Origin: a virus
Taxonomy: Duplodnaviria; Caudoviricetes
Length of the DNA: 31,327 nt
Strand: one strand, 5' to 3'
IMG/VR virus record: IMGVR_UViG_3300025718_000024
Location: 1 to 31,327 of that record
The first letter of the stretch is position 1; the number at the start of each line of letters is the position of its first letter. Positions 16,612 through 27,084 of this stretch are shown here, piece after piece. The notes beneath the pieces are model-generated. The model saw only the letters and a list, made by a program, of their open reading frames with translations, was not told the origin of the DNA and searched no databases. The translations under genes and the position numbers were made by a program.

Positions 16612-17074
16612 GGTCAAGCTGGCCAAACCCGACGCGGACGATCTGCGCTACCTCGCGCAGCACCTGCGGGCCGACGATGCCCAGGAGCTGCGCGCCGTGC
16701 ACGGATCGGAGCTCGATCTGCTGGAATGTCTGCACACTGCGGTCGAATCCAGCGAAGAGGCCTATGTTGCGGTCACCGCCTACGGTGAGCCAATTGCGGT
16801 GTTTGGTGTGGCGCCGGTCTCGCTGCTGGGTGGCCAGGGTTGTCCGTGGATGCTGGGTACCGACACGCTTGAACTGTACGGACGCGCGATCGTGCAGCTC
16901 AGTCGCCAGCATGTGGCGCGCTGGGGCCTGAAGTATGACCAGCTGTTCAACTACGTTGACGCGCGCAACCTGCGCTCCATCGCCTGGCTGCGCCATACCG
17001 GCTTCAGCATCTTCAAGGCGGAACCCTACGGGGTGGATGGGCTACCTTTTCACCGCTTCGAGCGGTGCACGTAA
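16604..17074 (+). CDS. T7 gp13-like / DUF2833 GNAT-fold protein
   Basis: LRADDAQEL...PWMLGT...LFNYVDARNLRSIAWLRHTGF; lies between nozzle and ejection genes. Confidence 0.78.
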   Translation: MAKVKLAKPDADDLRYLAQHLRADDAQELRAVHGSELDLLECLHTAVESSEEAYVAVTAYGEPIAVFGVAPVSLLGGQGCPWMLGTDTLELYGRAIVQLSRQHVARWGLKYDQLFNYVDARNLRSIAWLRHTGFSIFKAEPYGVDGLPFHRFERCT

Positions 17075-17096
17075 CCTGCAGGGCAAGCGACATAGT
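17064..17096 (+). promoter_or_regulatory. Putative late promoter, copy 4
   Basis: GGTGCACGTAA (its TAA is the upstream stop codon)-N16-CATAGT, upstream of the ejection genes. Confidence 0.7.
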
Positions 17097-17124
17097 GGCC
17101 CCACTACACCAACGGGCCTGACAC

Positions 17125-17643
17125 ATGTGCAATCCAGCCGCAGCTTTGGCGATGCAGGGAGCGGGCGCCGCAAGCTCTGCGGTCGGCTCGTACTACTCCG
17201 CTCAGTCCAATAAAACTTCCCTCGGCCTGCAGGCCGATCTGGCCGACATCAACGCCCGCATGAGCGAAAGCGCGGCGCAACAAACCCTGCTCACAGGCCA
17301 GCGCGAAGAGCAAAAGAGCGACATCGCCACCGCCAATCTCAAGGGCACCCAGCGCGCCAGCATGGCGGCCAACGGTATCGACCTGGGTGTGGGCACGGCC
17401 AACCAGGTCCTGACCTCAACCGATGTGCTGGGCGAGGCGGACGCCAACACCATCCACGCCAATGCCGTGCGCAACGCGATGGGCTACCGCACCCAAGGCG
17501 TCAACCAGACCAATCAGGCCAATATGTCGCGCGCCAGCGCCAGCGCGATCAGCCCGTTGACCTCGGCCACGACCTCTCTGCTTGGCAGTGCCGGATCCGT
17601 GGCCAGCAACTGGTACCAGTACAACAAAGCAGGGGCGATCTGA
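17125..17643 (+). CDS. Internal virion (ejection) protein, T7 gp14-like
   Basis: MCNP start, Ala/Gln/Ser-rich, GTQRASMAANGIDLGVG motif. Confidence 0.8.
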   Translation: MCNPAAALAMQGAGAASSAVGSYYSAQSNKTSLGLQADLADINARMSESAAQQTLLTGQREEQKSDIATANLKGTQRASMAANGIDLGVGTANQVLTSTDVLGEADANTIHANAVRNAMGYRTQGVNQTNQANMSRASASAISPLTSATTSLLGSAGSVASNWYQYNKAGAI

Positions 17644-19865
17644 TGCCACGCGTGCCCACCCAAGACAATTTCCAGTCACAAGTCACTGGTCAGCCCAACG
17701 TCCAGTTCTCTGCGCCAACCGGCCCAACGCCGGGCGCCATTGCTGCTGATCAGGCCAGCCAATTTGGCCAGGCGGCCACCAAGACAGGCACCGACTTCGG
17801 GCGCATCGCGCTGGACGTGCAAGACCAGGCCAATCAAGTTCGCGTCAATGATGCCGTCAATCAGGCCCGCATGGCCGCGCAAGACCTCGCCTACAACCCG
17901 CAGACCGGATATCTAGCAAAGAAGGGCGCCAACGCTCTCTTTAACCCGGACGGTACACCCCTCGAAAAACCTCTGTTCCAGGACTACGGCGACAAGTTCA
18001 AGGAGCAGACGGACGCCATTTCTGCCAATTTGGGAAACGACCAGCAGCGTCGGGCGTTCCAGATGCAGGCGGCTGATACCTTTTCACAGTTCCACGGGCA
18101 GATTGAGGCCCACGTCTCGCAGCAGTTCCAGAACTACCACAACGACGTGGACAGCACCACGGCCCAGCTGGCCAGCGACAACGCGCGCCTGCACTGGGAC
18201 GACCCGAGCTACATCAACGGCCACAAGGATGCAACTACCGGCGATTGGGTACCGGGCGCCATTGATCAGGTGAAAGCCGCAGTCATGTCCAAGATGCAGC
18301 GCGCGGGCCTGACGGGTGCACCAGCCGATGCGGCCCTTCTGACCGGTGTCAGCGCGGTGCATGCAGGCGTGATCTCGGCCGCCTTGGAGAACGGCAACCC
18401 CAGCTACGCTGCCAGCTACATGGAGCAGGCCCGCGCGAAGGGCGAGATGTCGGCCGATGACATCCTGAAACTGCAGGGCCATCTCAACCAGGCGGTATGG
18501 ACCGGGTTGGCCAACACCGCCGTGCAGACGGCCACCGCCAAGGCGATGCCCACTCTGGCACCTACCGGCTTCGACAAGATGACACAGATCACAGCCCAAA
18601 CCGAGAGTGGCGGGCGCGAGACCAACCCCGACGGCACCACGGTCACCAGCCCCAAGGGCGCGCAGGGTGTCATGCAGGTGATGCCTACCACCAACTCGGA
18701 CCCCGGCTTCGGCGTCAAACCCGCGCAGGACAACAGCCCCGGCGAGCGCGCCAGGGTGGGGCGCGACTACCTGCAGGCCATGTTGCAAAAGTATGGCTCA
18801 CCGGATAAAGCCTGGGCCGCCTACAACGCCGGCCCCGGTGCGCTCGATGCGGCCATGGCCAAAACCACGGCGGCCGGCAAACCCGGCGACTGGCTCACCA
18901 GCCTACCCGCAGAAACACAGGCCTATGTCGCCAAGAACGTGCAGGCCCTGAACGGCACCGGCCCGGTCGCACCGCGCCCGACAGAGCTGGATTTTGTCAA
19001 CAACGTGCTGGCGCAACTGCCTGCCGGCACTCCCGCCATGGCGGTCAAGATGGCGCGCGAACAGGCACAAGCCCAGTTTGGCGTCATCAACAAGTCGATC
19101 AACGAGAAGGGCCAGCAAGCCTTGAGCGCGGTGCAGAACTGGCTCTGGCAGAACAAGGACAACGGGGGCGGCGTCGCCACGGTTCCCCCAGCGCTGATGG
19201 ACCCACTGATGCAGTACGCCCCGGGCGAGGCCCGCAACCTGGAAGCCTTCAGCAAGACGATTCAGCGCGGCGACACGATAACCAACCTGAGCCGCTACAG
19301 CGACATCACCAACAACATGGGCCAGTACGCCAACATGTCGAACCCCGCGTGGACCATGCTGCAGACTGAACTTAGCCCGACGGATTTCAAGCACCTGGAC
19401 AAACAGCGTGCCGACTACATCAACGGCGGGTCTGACACTTCAATCGAGGGCATCAACAGCGCGCGCGTCACGCGCAGCCTGAACGAGAACCTGGCCTCGC
19501 TCAAGATCCCGACACAAAACGGTAGTCCCCTGGGCAAGCCGGACCCGGAGCGCCTGGGCGGCATTCGTGCTTTTGTGGACCGCTCGATCTTCGATCAGCA
19601 AAAGGCGACCGGGCAAAAGCTCACGCCCGAGCAGATCGACAACCATATCCACACCCTGTTTGCCACCGACGTGAGTTTCAAAAACACGCTCTGGTATGGC
19701 GGCCAGGGTGCGGACACCTCGCAAAAGCTGATGACCATGCAGCTGGGCGACCTGCCATCGGGTGCCGCTGTCGGGATCAGGCAATCCCTGGTGGCCATGG
19801 GTAACAAGGCCCCCACCGACACCGACGTTCTCAATTTGTACCGCCGTCTTCACACCTCGAAGTGA
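17643..19865 (+). CDS. Internal virion protein with lytic transglycosylase (SLT) domain
   Basis: QTESGG...SPKGAQGVMQVMP...AWAAYNAGPG motifs. Confidence 0.88.
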   Translation: MPRVPTQDNFQSQVTGQPNVQFSAPTGPTPGAIAADQASQFGQAATKTGTDFGRIALDVQDQANQVRVNDAVNQARMAAQDLAYNPQTGYLAKKGANALFNPDGTPLEKPLFQDYGDKFKEQTDAISANLGNDQQRRAFQMQAADTFSQFHGQIEAHVSQQFQNYHNDVDSTTAQLASDNARLHWDDPSYINGHKDATTGDWVPGAIDQVKAAVMSKMQRAGLTGAPADAALLTGVSAVHAGVISAALENGNPSYAASYMEQARAKGEMSADDILKLQGHLNQAVWTGLANTAVQTATAKAMPTLAPTGFDKMTQITAQTESGGRETNPDGTTVTSPKGAQGVMQVMPTTNSDPGFGVKPAQDNSPGERARVGRDYLQAMLQKYGSPDKAWAAYNAGPGALDAAMAKTTAAGKPGDWLTSLPAETQAYVAKNVQALNGTGPVAPRPTELDFVNNVLAQLPAGTPAMAVKMAREQAQAQFGVINKSINEKGQQALSAVQNWLWQNKDNGGGVATVPPALMDPLMQYAPGEARNLEAFSKTIQRGDTITNLSRYSDITNNMGQYANMSNPAWTMLQTELSPTDFKHLDKQRADYINGGSDTSIEGINSARVTRSLNENLASLKIPTQNGSPLGKPDPERLGGIRAFVDRSIFDQQKATGQKLTPEQIDNHIHTLFATDVSFKNTLWYGGQGADTSQKLMTMQLGDLPSGAAVGIRQSLVAMGNKAPTDTDVLNLYRRLHTSK

Positions 19866-19869
19866 TCCC

Positions 19870-22800
19870 ATGCCAAACCAAAGCGACATCGATCAGTGGT
19901 CCGTCGCGGCCACGCAGTCCCTGCAACAGACGCAGGCCGAGCAGATACGAAGCAGTGTCGGCAATGCCCTGGCCACCAACCCGGACCAGGAAGCCCAGAC
20001 CCGTCGCTTTGCCACGGCCGCCAATGTGCCGCTGGACACCGCGCGCGCCTTGCCCGATGTGGTCAAGCAGCAGGCGCAAATGTCCAGCTTCGATGCTGGC
20101 CTGCTGGCGCGCAAGTTCCCCACCACCGCGCAACTGGTGGCGAATCCGGACCTGGCACGCATCACGCACGACGATATCCCGGCCACGGCCGGCGTCGAGC
20201 AAGCGGTGCGGGCCTTGCCACCAGCGCCAGCCGCTGACCCGCTGCAGCCCCACAGCACGCAGTCGAGCCTGCTGTCGGATGCCATTCACTACATTTTCAG
20301 CACGCCGGGGCAGGGCGACACCCTGGCCGGCGATGCGGGCAAGATCGTTGAGGGTGGCGCGCGGGCGCTGGCCGGTACCGGCAAGTACCTGGGGCTGGCG
20401 GCCAGCACGCTGGATCGACCGATTGATGCCGTGTTTGGCACTAACCTGCAACAGGGCGCTCTGGGCATCACCAGCGGCCTGGACCAGTACAGCCAAAGCG
20501 GCCCCGGCAAGGGCGCCAGCTTCAAGGACCAGCTGCTCAACACCGTCGGCTCCACGGCGGGCGTGCTGGGTGAGGCGGCTCTGACCAGTGGCGGCGCGGT
20601 TGCCCCGCGTCTGGGTGCCTCCGTCATGGAAGCCCTGGGGCCGCACATCGCGCACGGCGTGCAGGCCATGATGGTGCCGTCGGCGGTATCCGCGCAGGAT
20701 ACTTACAACTCCGTGATGGAGAAGACGGGCAACACCGTTGATGCCAGCAAGGCCGCGCTCACCGCCTATGTCACCAGCTCACTCGGCGGCGTCGTGCCGT
20801 TTGCCACCCCTGGCAAGCTGGCCTACCGCATGGCCTCGGGTGCCGTCATGGGGCCGCTGCTGGGTGACGTGTCGCACCAGGCGATGAACGCCGCCATGCC
20901 TGACAGCATGCAGCAACCCGATCGCAGCTGGGAAGACCGGGGGCTGGATGCTGTCATGGGCACCATGTTCGGCGGGCTGGCCGGACCGCATGACGTGGCC
21001 GACATCCACCAGCGCATCAACGACGCCGCGCGCCAGAGCTATGTGGACGCCATCAAGAATGAGGCCGATGCCAAGTCGATTGAAGCCCTGCATGGGCTGG
21101 GCCAGGTGTCGGCTGTGGCCAAGCTGCGCGAGCGCGACCCGGCGGCCTTCAAGGCGTTCGTGGAGAGCGTCACGGAAGACGGCCACCTGAAGGAGGTCTA
21201 TGTCGACCACGAGACCCTGACCAATGCGCTGAACCAGTCGGGCGTCACCGAAAACGACCTGGCGCAAACCCTGCCCGATGTGCTGGCGCAGCTGCACGAA
21301 GCGGGTGAGACCAAGGGCGACATCCGCATCCCAGTGGCTGACTATGCCACCCACCTCGCGGGCGGCCCGATTGACGAGGCCATCCTGCCGCACCTGAAGA
21401 CAGACCCCGAGGGCAAGACCTACACCGAAGCCAAGGCCGCCTATGAAGGCCAGGTGGAAAGCCTCAAGGGCACGGTCGAGAAGATGCTGGCTGATAAGGG
21501 GGTGCAGGACACCGCGCAGGCCTCGCGCAGCGCGATTCGCGACCAGGTCATGCAGCAGCTCAACGATGTCAACCGTTTCAGGCCCGATGTCAATCGGTTG
21601 CATGCGGAATTGATCGCTGACCAGCGTGTCACTATGGCCGAACGCATGGGCCTGACGCCTGAGCAGTTTGGCGACACCTACCCCTTGAAGTTTTCAGCGG
21701 AGAACGTGGCGGGCGGCACGTATGACCAGTCCGGCAAACTGGCCACCGAAAGCGAAGCGTTCAAGGGCTGGTTCGGGGATAGCAAGGTGGTGGACGCGGG
21801 CGGTAAGCCGTTGGTGGTTTACCACGGTACGAACACCGACTTCCACAGCTTTGACTCCGATAAAGTTGGGTCGTCAATGGACGCAGGAAAGTTGGGCAAG
21901 GGCTTTTACTTTAGCGCAGACAGTCGTCTCGCGGGCAGTTACGCCAACATGGCCCGCGCCAAGACGCGAGCAGACGCGCCGCGCACAGTGCCGGTATATC
22001 TATCCCTGCGTAACCCCCTTGAGTTCGACGCATCGACCGGCGCGCTTTGGCCTAAGCTGCGGGCGTTATCCGAGCAATACGGAATCAAAGAAGACCCTGT
22101 ATCCGATCTTGGCAGCAATCAACCCAACCCCGCCTGGTCTGCACCATTTGCTGAGGCGGCAAAGGCGGCTGGGCATGACGGTGTAATCCTGAAGTTCAGC
22201 GACGGCAAGAACGAATATGCGGTGTTTGATCCGATGGCGATTAAATCCGCTATCGGCAACAACGGCGAATTCAACCCGCACGACGCCAACATCCTGCACC
22301 AGCCCGCCCGTGGCCAGATCAGCTTCGGCAACGACATCACCCAGAACCCCAGCGTCATCAGCCTGCTCAAGGGCGCGGACCTGTCCACCACTATCCACGA
22401 GCTGGGCCACTTCTTCCTGGAGGTCAATAACCACCTGACGCAACAGATCGAGGCGCGCATCGCTTCGGGCGCTGAGGTCAGCCAAGGTGAACGCGCCATC
22501 GCGGACGACATGACCACGGCCTTGAACTGGATGGGCGTCAATTCCACCCCCGAGATGTCGGCGACCGATCACTGGGCGTCCTTGTCCCTGGATGAAAAGC
22601 GGGAGTTCCATGAAAATTTCGCCCGCGGCTTCGAGGCCTACATCATGGAAGGCAAGGCCCCCAGCGTGGGATTGGCCAAAGCGTTCCAGGCGTTCCGCTC
22701 ATGGCTGCTGAACGTCTACAAGTCGCTGACAGCGCTCAAGGTCGAGCTCACCCCCGAGGTGCGTGGCGTGTTTGACCGCATGCTGGCCAGCGATGAGGCG

Positions 22801-25800
22801 ATCAAGACGGCCGAGCAGGTGCGCGGTTACCGGCCGCTGTTCGAGTCAGCCACCGACGCCGGCATGACGCCCGAAGACTTCTCCGCCTACCAGGGTTTGG
22901 GCAAAGAGGCCACCGCCGACGCCCAGGACCAGCTGCAGGGCCGCAGCCTGCGCGATATGAAGTGGCTGACCAATGCCAAGAGCAAGGCGCTGAAGGATTT
23001 GCAAAAGGAAGCCGCAGGCAAACGCAAGACCGCCCAGCAAGAGGTCACCAAAGAGGTGATGAGCCAGCCCATTTATCGGGCGTGGACCTTCCTGACGGCC
23101 AAAGGCGGAGACAGGGTGGTGGGTGACAAGCCGGCGGGCAAGTCCACGGGCGTGAACCCCGAGGTGGACAACCTGTTCGAGGCTATCGCCAAGCTGGGCG
23201 GGCTGGACCGGGGGGCGCTCAAGTCGCAATGGGGCCATCCTGAGAACGAGAAGATCGAGTCTGGCGTGTTTGGCAAGCCGGTGGCGCGTAAGACCGGGGG
23301 TTACAGCCTCGATGCCATGGCCGAGCGCCTGGTGGAATATGGCTACCTGCTGCCCGATGAGCACGGCAAGGCTGACCTGGCCAAGTTCGAGGAACTGTTT
23401 GACGACCAGCTGCGCGGCGTGGACCGCTTTTCTATCAGCCAGGATATGGCCGGGGCCTACGGTGACGTGCCCGTGGGCATCCCTGATCTGCCGGATGTAG
23501 GCCGGGGCAAACTTCGCACCGAGGACCTGCGCTACATGTTCGGAGACAAAGAAGACGCGATCTGGCGCGACCTGTCCGAGAAACGCATGACCAGTGACAA
23601 GGGCGGACTACACCCTGACATCGTGGCTGAGATGTTCGGCCTGGAGTCCGGGCGGGACCTGGTGGAACAGCTGGCGTCTGCTGAGCATCCTAAATCGGTG
23701 ATCGAGGGCATGACCGATCAGCGCATGCTCGAGCAGCACGGCGACCTGGTGGACCCGCAAAGCATCGAGCGCGCGGCCGAGGCCGCGATACACAACGAGG
23801 CCCGCGCCCGCTTCGTGGCCACCGAATTGAAAGCCTTGGCCAAAGCCACCGGCCCGGCCCGTGCGCTGGCCCTGGCGGCCAAAGAAGCGGCGGATGCGGC
23901 CATCGCGGCCAAGCGGGTGCGCGATCTGCGGCCAGCGCAATACACTGCCGCCGAAGGGCGCGCCGCCCGCGCTGCTGAGAAAGCCCTGATCGGGGGTGAC
24001 ATGCCTGCGGCGGCCGTCGAGAAGCGCGCCCAGTTGCTGAACAACCGGCTGGCCAAGGCCGCCACGGACGCCCTCGAGGAGGTGCGCAAGGGCGTGCAGT
24101 ACCTGGACAAGTTCGACAAACCCGGCGTGCGCGAGAACATCGATCTCGAATACCGGGATCAGATTGACGCCCTGCTCGACCGCTATGACCTGCGCAAGAG
24201 CACCAGCCACACCGCCCTGGACAAGCGCGAAGCGCTGATGGTCTTTGTGGATCGCATGGCCGCCCAGGGTTATGAGCCGCAGATCCCCGAGAAGCTTCTC
24301 AACGAAGCCACCCGCATGCACTACAAGGACATGCCGGTGGAGGAGTTCCGGGGGCTGCTGGATGCGGTCAAGAGCATCGAGCACCTGGGCCGACTGAAAA
24401 CCCGGCTGCTGGACCTGAAGGAGATGCGTGAAGTGCAGGCCCTGGCCGACGAAGCCAAGGCCACCACGGGTGAACTGCCTCAGCGCTCGCCCGAAAGCAA
24501 TCGGGGTCTGACCACCATGGAGGCCAAGTGGCTGGGTGTCAAGTCAGCCGGGCGCAGCATGCAGGCCGCGCTGTTGAAAATGGAGCAGATGTTCGACTGG
24601 CTGGACAACCGCAACCCCAACGGCGTCTTCAACCGGGTGGTGTTTCGCCGCATCGCTGACGCTGGAACGCATGAAGCCACCCTGCAGGCCGACATCAAGG
24701 CCAAGATCGACACCCTGCTGCACTCGCACCTGGACGATGTCACCAGGGATGGTGGCAAGATCTACACCGCTGGTGGCCTGCGCGACGGTCTCACAGGCAA
24801 AGCCCAGCGCTTCACCAAAAAAGAGATGCTGGCGCTGGCGGGCAACATGGGCAACGAGTCCAACACCTTCAAGCTCCTCAAGGGCGAAAAGTGGGACGAG
24901 GCCGCCGTCTGGGACTTCCTGCACAAGAACATGGGCAGGGCCGACTGGGACTTCGTGGCCGGCCTGGGCAAGACCCTGGAGACCCTGTGGCCGGAGAAGC
25001 TGGCGATGTCGCGCCGTCTGGGCAACACCAACCCGGAGAAGATCGCACCCCGTCCGTTCGACACCCCGCACGGCCATTACGACGGGTGGTACTGGCCGAT
25101 GGTCTATGATCCGGCCCGCTCGCAAGACGTGGCTGAACGGGGTGCCAAGGCGGGCGATGCCCTGTTCGAGAACATTTACGCCAAGGCCAACACCGACACC
25201 GGGCGCATGAACACCCGCAGCGAAAGTTACGCGCGGCCGCTGCTGCTGTCGTTGGACGTGATCCCCCGGGTGATCAAGGACGAGATCCACGACGTGGCCT
25301 ACCGGGAGGCGATCATTGACGCCGACAAGTTCCTGTCCCACAAGGACGTGCGCAACGCGATTCAGGACACTCTTAGCCCTGAGCATTACGACCAGCTGCG
25401 CCCGTGGCTGCAGTCCATCGCGAACGACCGCAAGGTGGACATGGCCGCGCTCAAGTGGTTCGACCAGCTGGCGCACGGGGCGCGCACACGGGCCACCATC
25501 GTTGGCCTGGGCTACCGGATCTCGACCATGCTGGTGCATGGCAGTTCGGCCGGGCTGGAGTCGGTCGCCGAGCTCGGCCCGAAGTGGATGGGCGCCGGCC
25601 TGAAGGACTTCGCCAATCCGCTGCAGTGGGCCGCCAACAAGGACTTCATCTTCGAGCGTTCGGGCGAGATGCGCAACCGCATGAACGAGGTGGACCGCGA
25701 CGTGCGCGAGCACCTGCGCGAGATCGAACTGCGGCTGATGGATACCACCACCGGGGCGGTCGCGCGCGGCACCGACATGATGAAGGCCCACGCCTACCAG

Positions 25801-26586
25801 GGCATTGCCATGCTGGACATGGCCTCGGCCCTGCCCACCTGGATGGGTGCCTACCATAAGGCCATGGCCGCCGAAGCGGGTGGCGGTCTGGGCCTGGGTG
25901 AGGCCGATGCGGTCTACTTTGCCGACAAGACCGTGCGCAACGCCCACGGTGGCAGCGGTATCAAGGACCTGGCCGCGGTGCAACGTGGCCCCGAGTTCTT
26001 CAAACTGTTCACCATGTTCTACACCTTCTGGAACCACAATGTGAACCGGCTGATGGATACGGCGCGCCTGGCCAAGTCGTTGCCCGACACCTTCCGCAAT
26101 GGTGAACCGGGCGATTTCAGGGGCGACCTGGGCACGGTGATCATGCGCACCCTGATCTACACCCTGGGCGTGCAGGCCATGCACAGCATGCTGCACCCGT
26201 CCAAGGATGACCACGGAGACACCAACTGGCTGACCTGGGCGGCCAAGGAGTTCACGGCGGCGGCCTTCGCCGGGGTGCCGGTGCTGCGCGATCTGTCAGC
26301 TCACTACTTGACGGGCAAGGAATACTCTGTCACCCCGGCGGCGAGCATCGTGCAGGCGGTGGGCAACAGCGGCATGGACGTGATGCACGCGGCCCTGGGT
26401 GAAGAAGCCAACCCCAAGGCCCTGAAGCACACCATCACCACGGCGGGCTATGTGTTCGGCCTGCCTCTCGGGCAACCCGCTTCTGCTGCGCAGTTCCTGT
26501 GGGATGTGGGGCAGGGTCAGCAGAACCCGGAGACCACGGGCGACTGGCTGCGCGGCATCATGCACGGCGAGATGAAGCAGCGCTAA
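19870..26586 (+). CDS. Large polyvalent internal virion protein (2238 aa) with ADP-ribosyltransferase (ART-PolyVal-like) and zincin-like HExxH domains
   Basis: Start re-called to ATG 19870. FKGWFGDSKVVD...VVYHGT...GFYFS...GHDGVI...EYAVFDP...IKSAIGNNGEF, then DLSTTIHELGHFFLE...HENFARGFEAY. Confidence 0.85.
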   Translation: MPNQSDIDQWSVAATQSLQQTQAEQIRSSVGNALATNPDQEAQTRRFATAANVPLDTARALPDVVKQQAQMSSFDAGLLARKFPTTAQLVANPDLARITHDDIPATAGVEQAVRALPPAPAADPLQPHSTQSSLLSDAIHYIFSTPGQGDTLAGDAGKIVEGGARALAGTGKYLGLAASTLDRPIDAVFGTNLQQGALGITSGLDQYSQSGPGKGASFKDQLLNTVGSTAGVLGEAALTSGGAVAPRLGASVMEALGPHIAHGVQAMMVPSAVSAQDTYNSVMEKTGNTVDASKAALTAYVTSSLGGVVPFATPGKLAYRMASGAVMGPLLGDVSHQAMNAAMPDSMQQPDRSWEDRGLDAVMGTMFGGLAGPHDVADIHQRINDAARQSYVDAIKNEADAKSIEALHGLGQVSAVAKLRERDPAAFKAFVESVTEDGHLKEVYVDHETLTNALNQSGVTENDLAQTLPDVLAQLHEAGETKGDIRIPVADYATHLAGGPIDEAILPHLKTDPEGKTYTEAKAAYEGQVESLKGTVEKMLADKGVQDTAQASRSAIRDQVMQQLNDVNRFRPDVNRLHAELIADQRVTMAERMGLTPEQFGDTYPLKFSAENVAGGTYDQSGKLATESEAFKGWFGDSKVVDAGGKPLVVYHGTNTDFHSFDSDKVGSSMDAGKLGKGFYFSADSRLAGSYANMARAKTRADAPRTVPVYLSLRNPLEFDASTGALWPKLRALSEQYGIKEDPVSDLGSNQPNPAWSAPFAEAAKAAGHDGVILKFSDGKNEYAVFDPMAIKSAIGNNGEFNPHDANILHQPARGQISFGNDITQNPSVISLLKGADLSTTIHELGHFFLEVNNHLTQQIEARIASGAEVSQGERAIADDMTTALNWMGVNSTPEMSATDHWASLSLDEKREFHENFARGFEAYIMEGKAPSVGLAKAFQAFRSWLLNVYKSLTALKVELTPEVRGVFDRMLASDEAIKTAEQVRGYRPLFESATDAGMTPEDFSAYQGLGKEATADAQDQLQGRSLRDMKWLTNAKSKALKDLQKEAAGKRKTAQQEVTKEVMSQPIYRAWTFLTAKGGDRVVGDKPAGKSTGVNPEVDNLFEAIAKLGGLDRGALKSQWGHPENEKIESGVFGKPVARKTGGYSLDAMAERLVEYGYLLPDEHGKADLAKFEELFDDQLRGVDRFSISQDMAGAYGDVPVGIPDLPDVGRGKLRTEDLRYMFGDKEDAIWRDLSEKRMTSDKGGLHPDIVAEMFGLESGRDLVEQLASAEHPKSVIEGMTDQRMLEQHGDLVDPQSIERAAEAAIHNEARARFVATELKALAKATGPARALALAAKEAADAAIAAKRVRDLRPAQYTAAEGRAARAAEKALIGGDMPAAAVEKRAQLLNNRLAKAATDALEEVRKGVQYLDKFDKPGVRENIDLEYRDQIDALLDRYDLRKSTSHTALDKREALMVFVDRMAAQGYEPQIPEKLLNEATRMHYKDMPVEEFRGLLDAVKSIEHLGRLKTRLLDLKEMREVQALADEAKATTGELPQRSPESNRGLTTMEAKWLGVKSAGRSMQAALLKMEQMFDWLDNRNPNGVFNRVVFRRIADAGTHEATLQADIKAKIDTLLHSHLDDVTRDGGKIYTAGGLRDGLTGKAQRFTKKEMLALAGNMGNESNTFKLLKGEKWDEAAVWDFLHKNMGRADWDFVAGLGKTLETLWPEKLAMSRRLGNTNPEKIAPRPFDTPHGHYDGWYWPMVYDPARSQDVAERGAKAGDALFENIYAKANTDTGRMNTRSESYARPLLLSLDVIPRVIKDEIHDVAYREAIIDADKFLSHKDVRNAIQDTLSPEHYDQLRPWLQSIANDRKVDMAALKWFDQLAHGARTRATIVGLGYRISTMLVHGSSAGLESVAELGPKWMGAGLKDFANPLQWAANKDFIFERSGEMRNRMNEVDRDVREHLREIELRLMDTTTGAVARGTDMMKAHAYQGIAMLDMASALPTWMGAYHKAMAAEAGGGLGLGEADAVYFADKTVRNAHGGSGIKDLAAVQRGPEFFKLFTMFYTFWNHNVNRLMDTARLAKSLPDTFRNGEPGDFRGDLGTVIMRTLIYTLGVQAMHSMLHPSKDDHGDTNWLTWAAKEFTAAAFAGVPVLRDLSAHYLTGKEYSVTPAASIVQAVGNSGMDVMHAALGEEANPKALKHTITTAGYVFGLPLGQPASAAQFLWDVGQGQQNPETTGDWLRGIMHGEMKQR

Positions 26587-26738
26587 GGCTTGTTCTTGAT
26601 GGTGTAGTAGAACAAACACCAGGTCACCCAGACCCCCAAAGCCCCGGCGGCGTAGGGGTGCGCGTCCCCGATGGTCAAAGCCCCAATGAAGGCCGCCAAC
26701 ATGCCGACGGCTACGGGCGGGTCGATGTTTGGTTTCAT
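26583..26738 (-). CDS. Small two-TM membrane protein (51 aa)
   Basis: MKPNIDPPVAVGMLAAFIGALTIGDAHPYAAGALGVWVTWCLFYYTIKNKP; starts 10 bp after the lipoprotein stop and exactly fills the gap. Confidence 0.6.
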   Translation of the reverse strand: MKPNIDPPVAVGMLAAFIGALTIGDAHPYAAGALGVWVTWCLFYYTIKNKP

Positions 26739-26748
26739 GGCCAGGGAC

Positions 26749-27084
26749 CTACAGAAGGGGCTTCAGCCGGTCAGCATACACCTGGCAAGTCCCGTTGCTT
26801 CCGTTGTAGTTGAAGCGTTGGACCAGGCCGTCTACCGTGCTCGCCTTGATTGAGCAGCCCAGGTGCGGGGCCGTGGGCGCGAAGGGGTTAGGCCCTGACG
26901 TGGTCCATTCGTAGACCTTGTTGCCAGCGATCTCGTATTCCCGGTCGGGGATGCCCAGGTAGTTGATGGCCACATTGATGCTTTGCCCCCTAAGCTTTGG
27001 CAAAGCGAGGTCCAGGGTGTCGAAACTCATGGCGCACCCGGCAAAGAGTATCGGCACCAACAGTGCCATCACGATTCTTTTCAT
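26749..27084 (-). CDS. Lipoprotein moron; candidate superinfection exclusion
   Basis: AAGGAGG RBS; signal peptide MKRIVMALLVPILFAG-C with lipobox; antisense to the virion genes. Confidence 0.8.
   Translation of the reverse strand: MKRIVMALLVPILFAGCAMSFDTLDLALPKLRGQSINVAINYLGIPDREYEIAGNKVYEWTTSGPNPFAPTAPHLGCSIKASTVDGLVQRFNYNGSNGTCQVYADRLKPLL

Noticed and set aside
9060-26214. Long antisense ORFs (e.g. 9060-10349, 14488-16050, 24544-26214)
   Set aside because: Expected shadows of high-GC coding strands; no motifs, and they overlap well-supported genes almost entirely.
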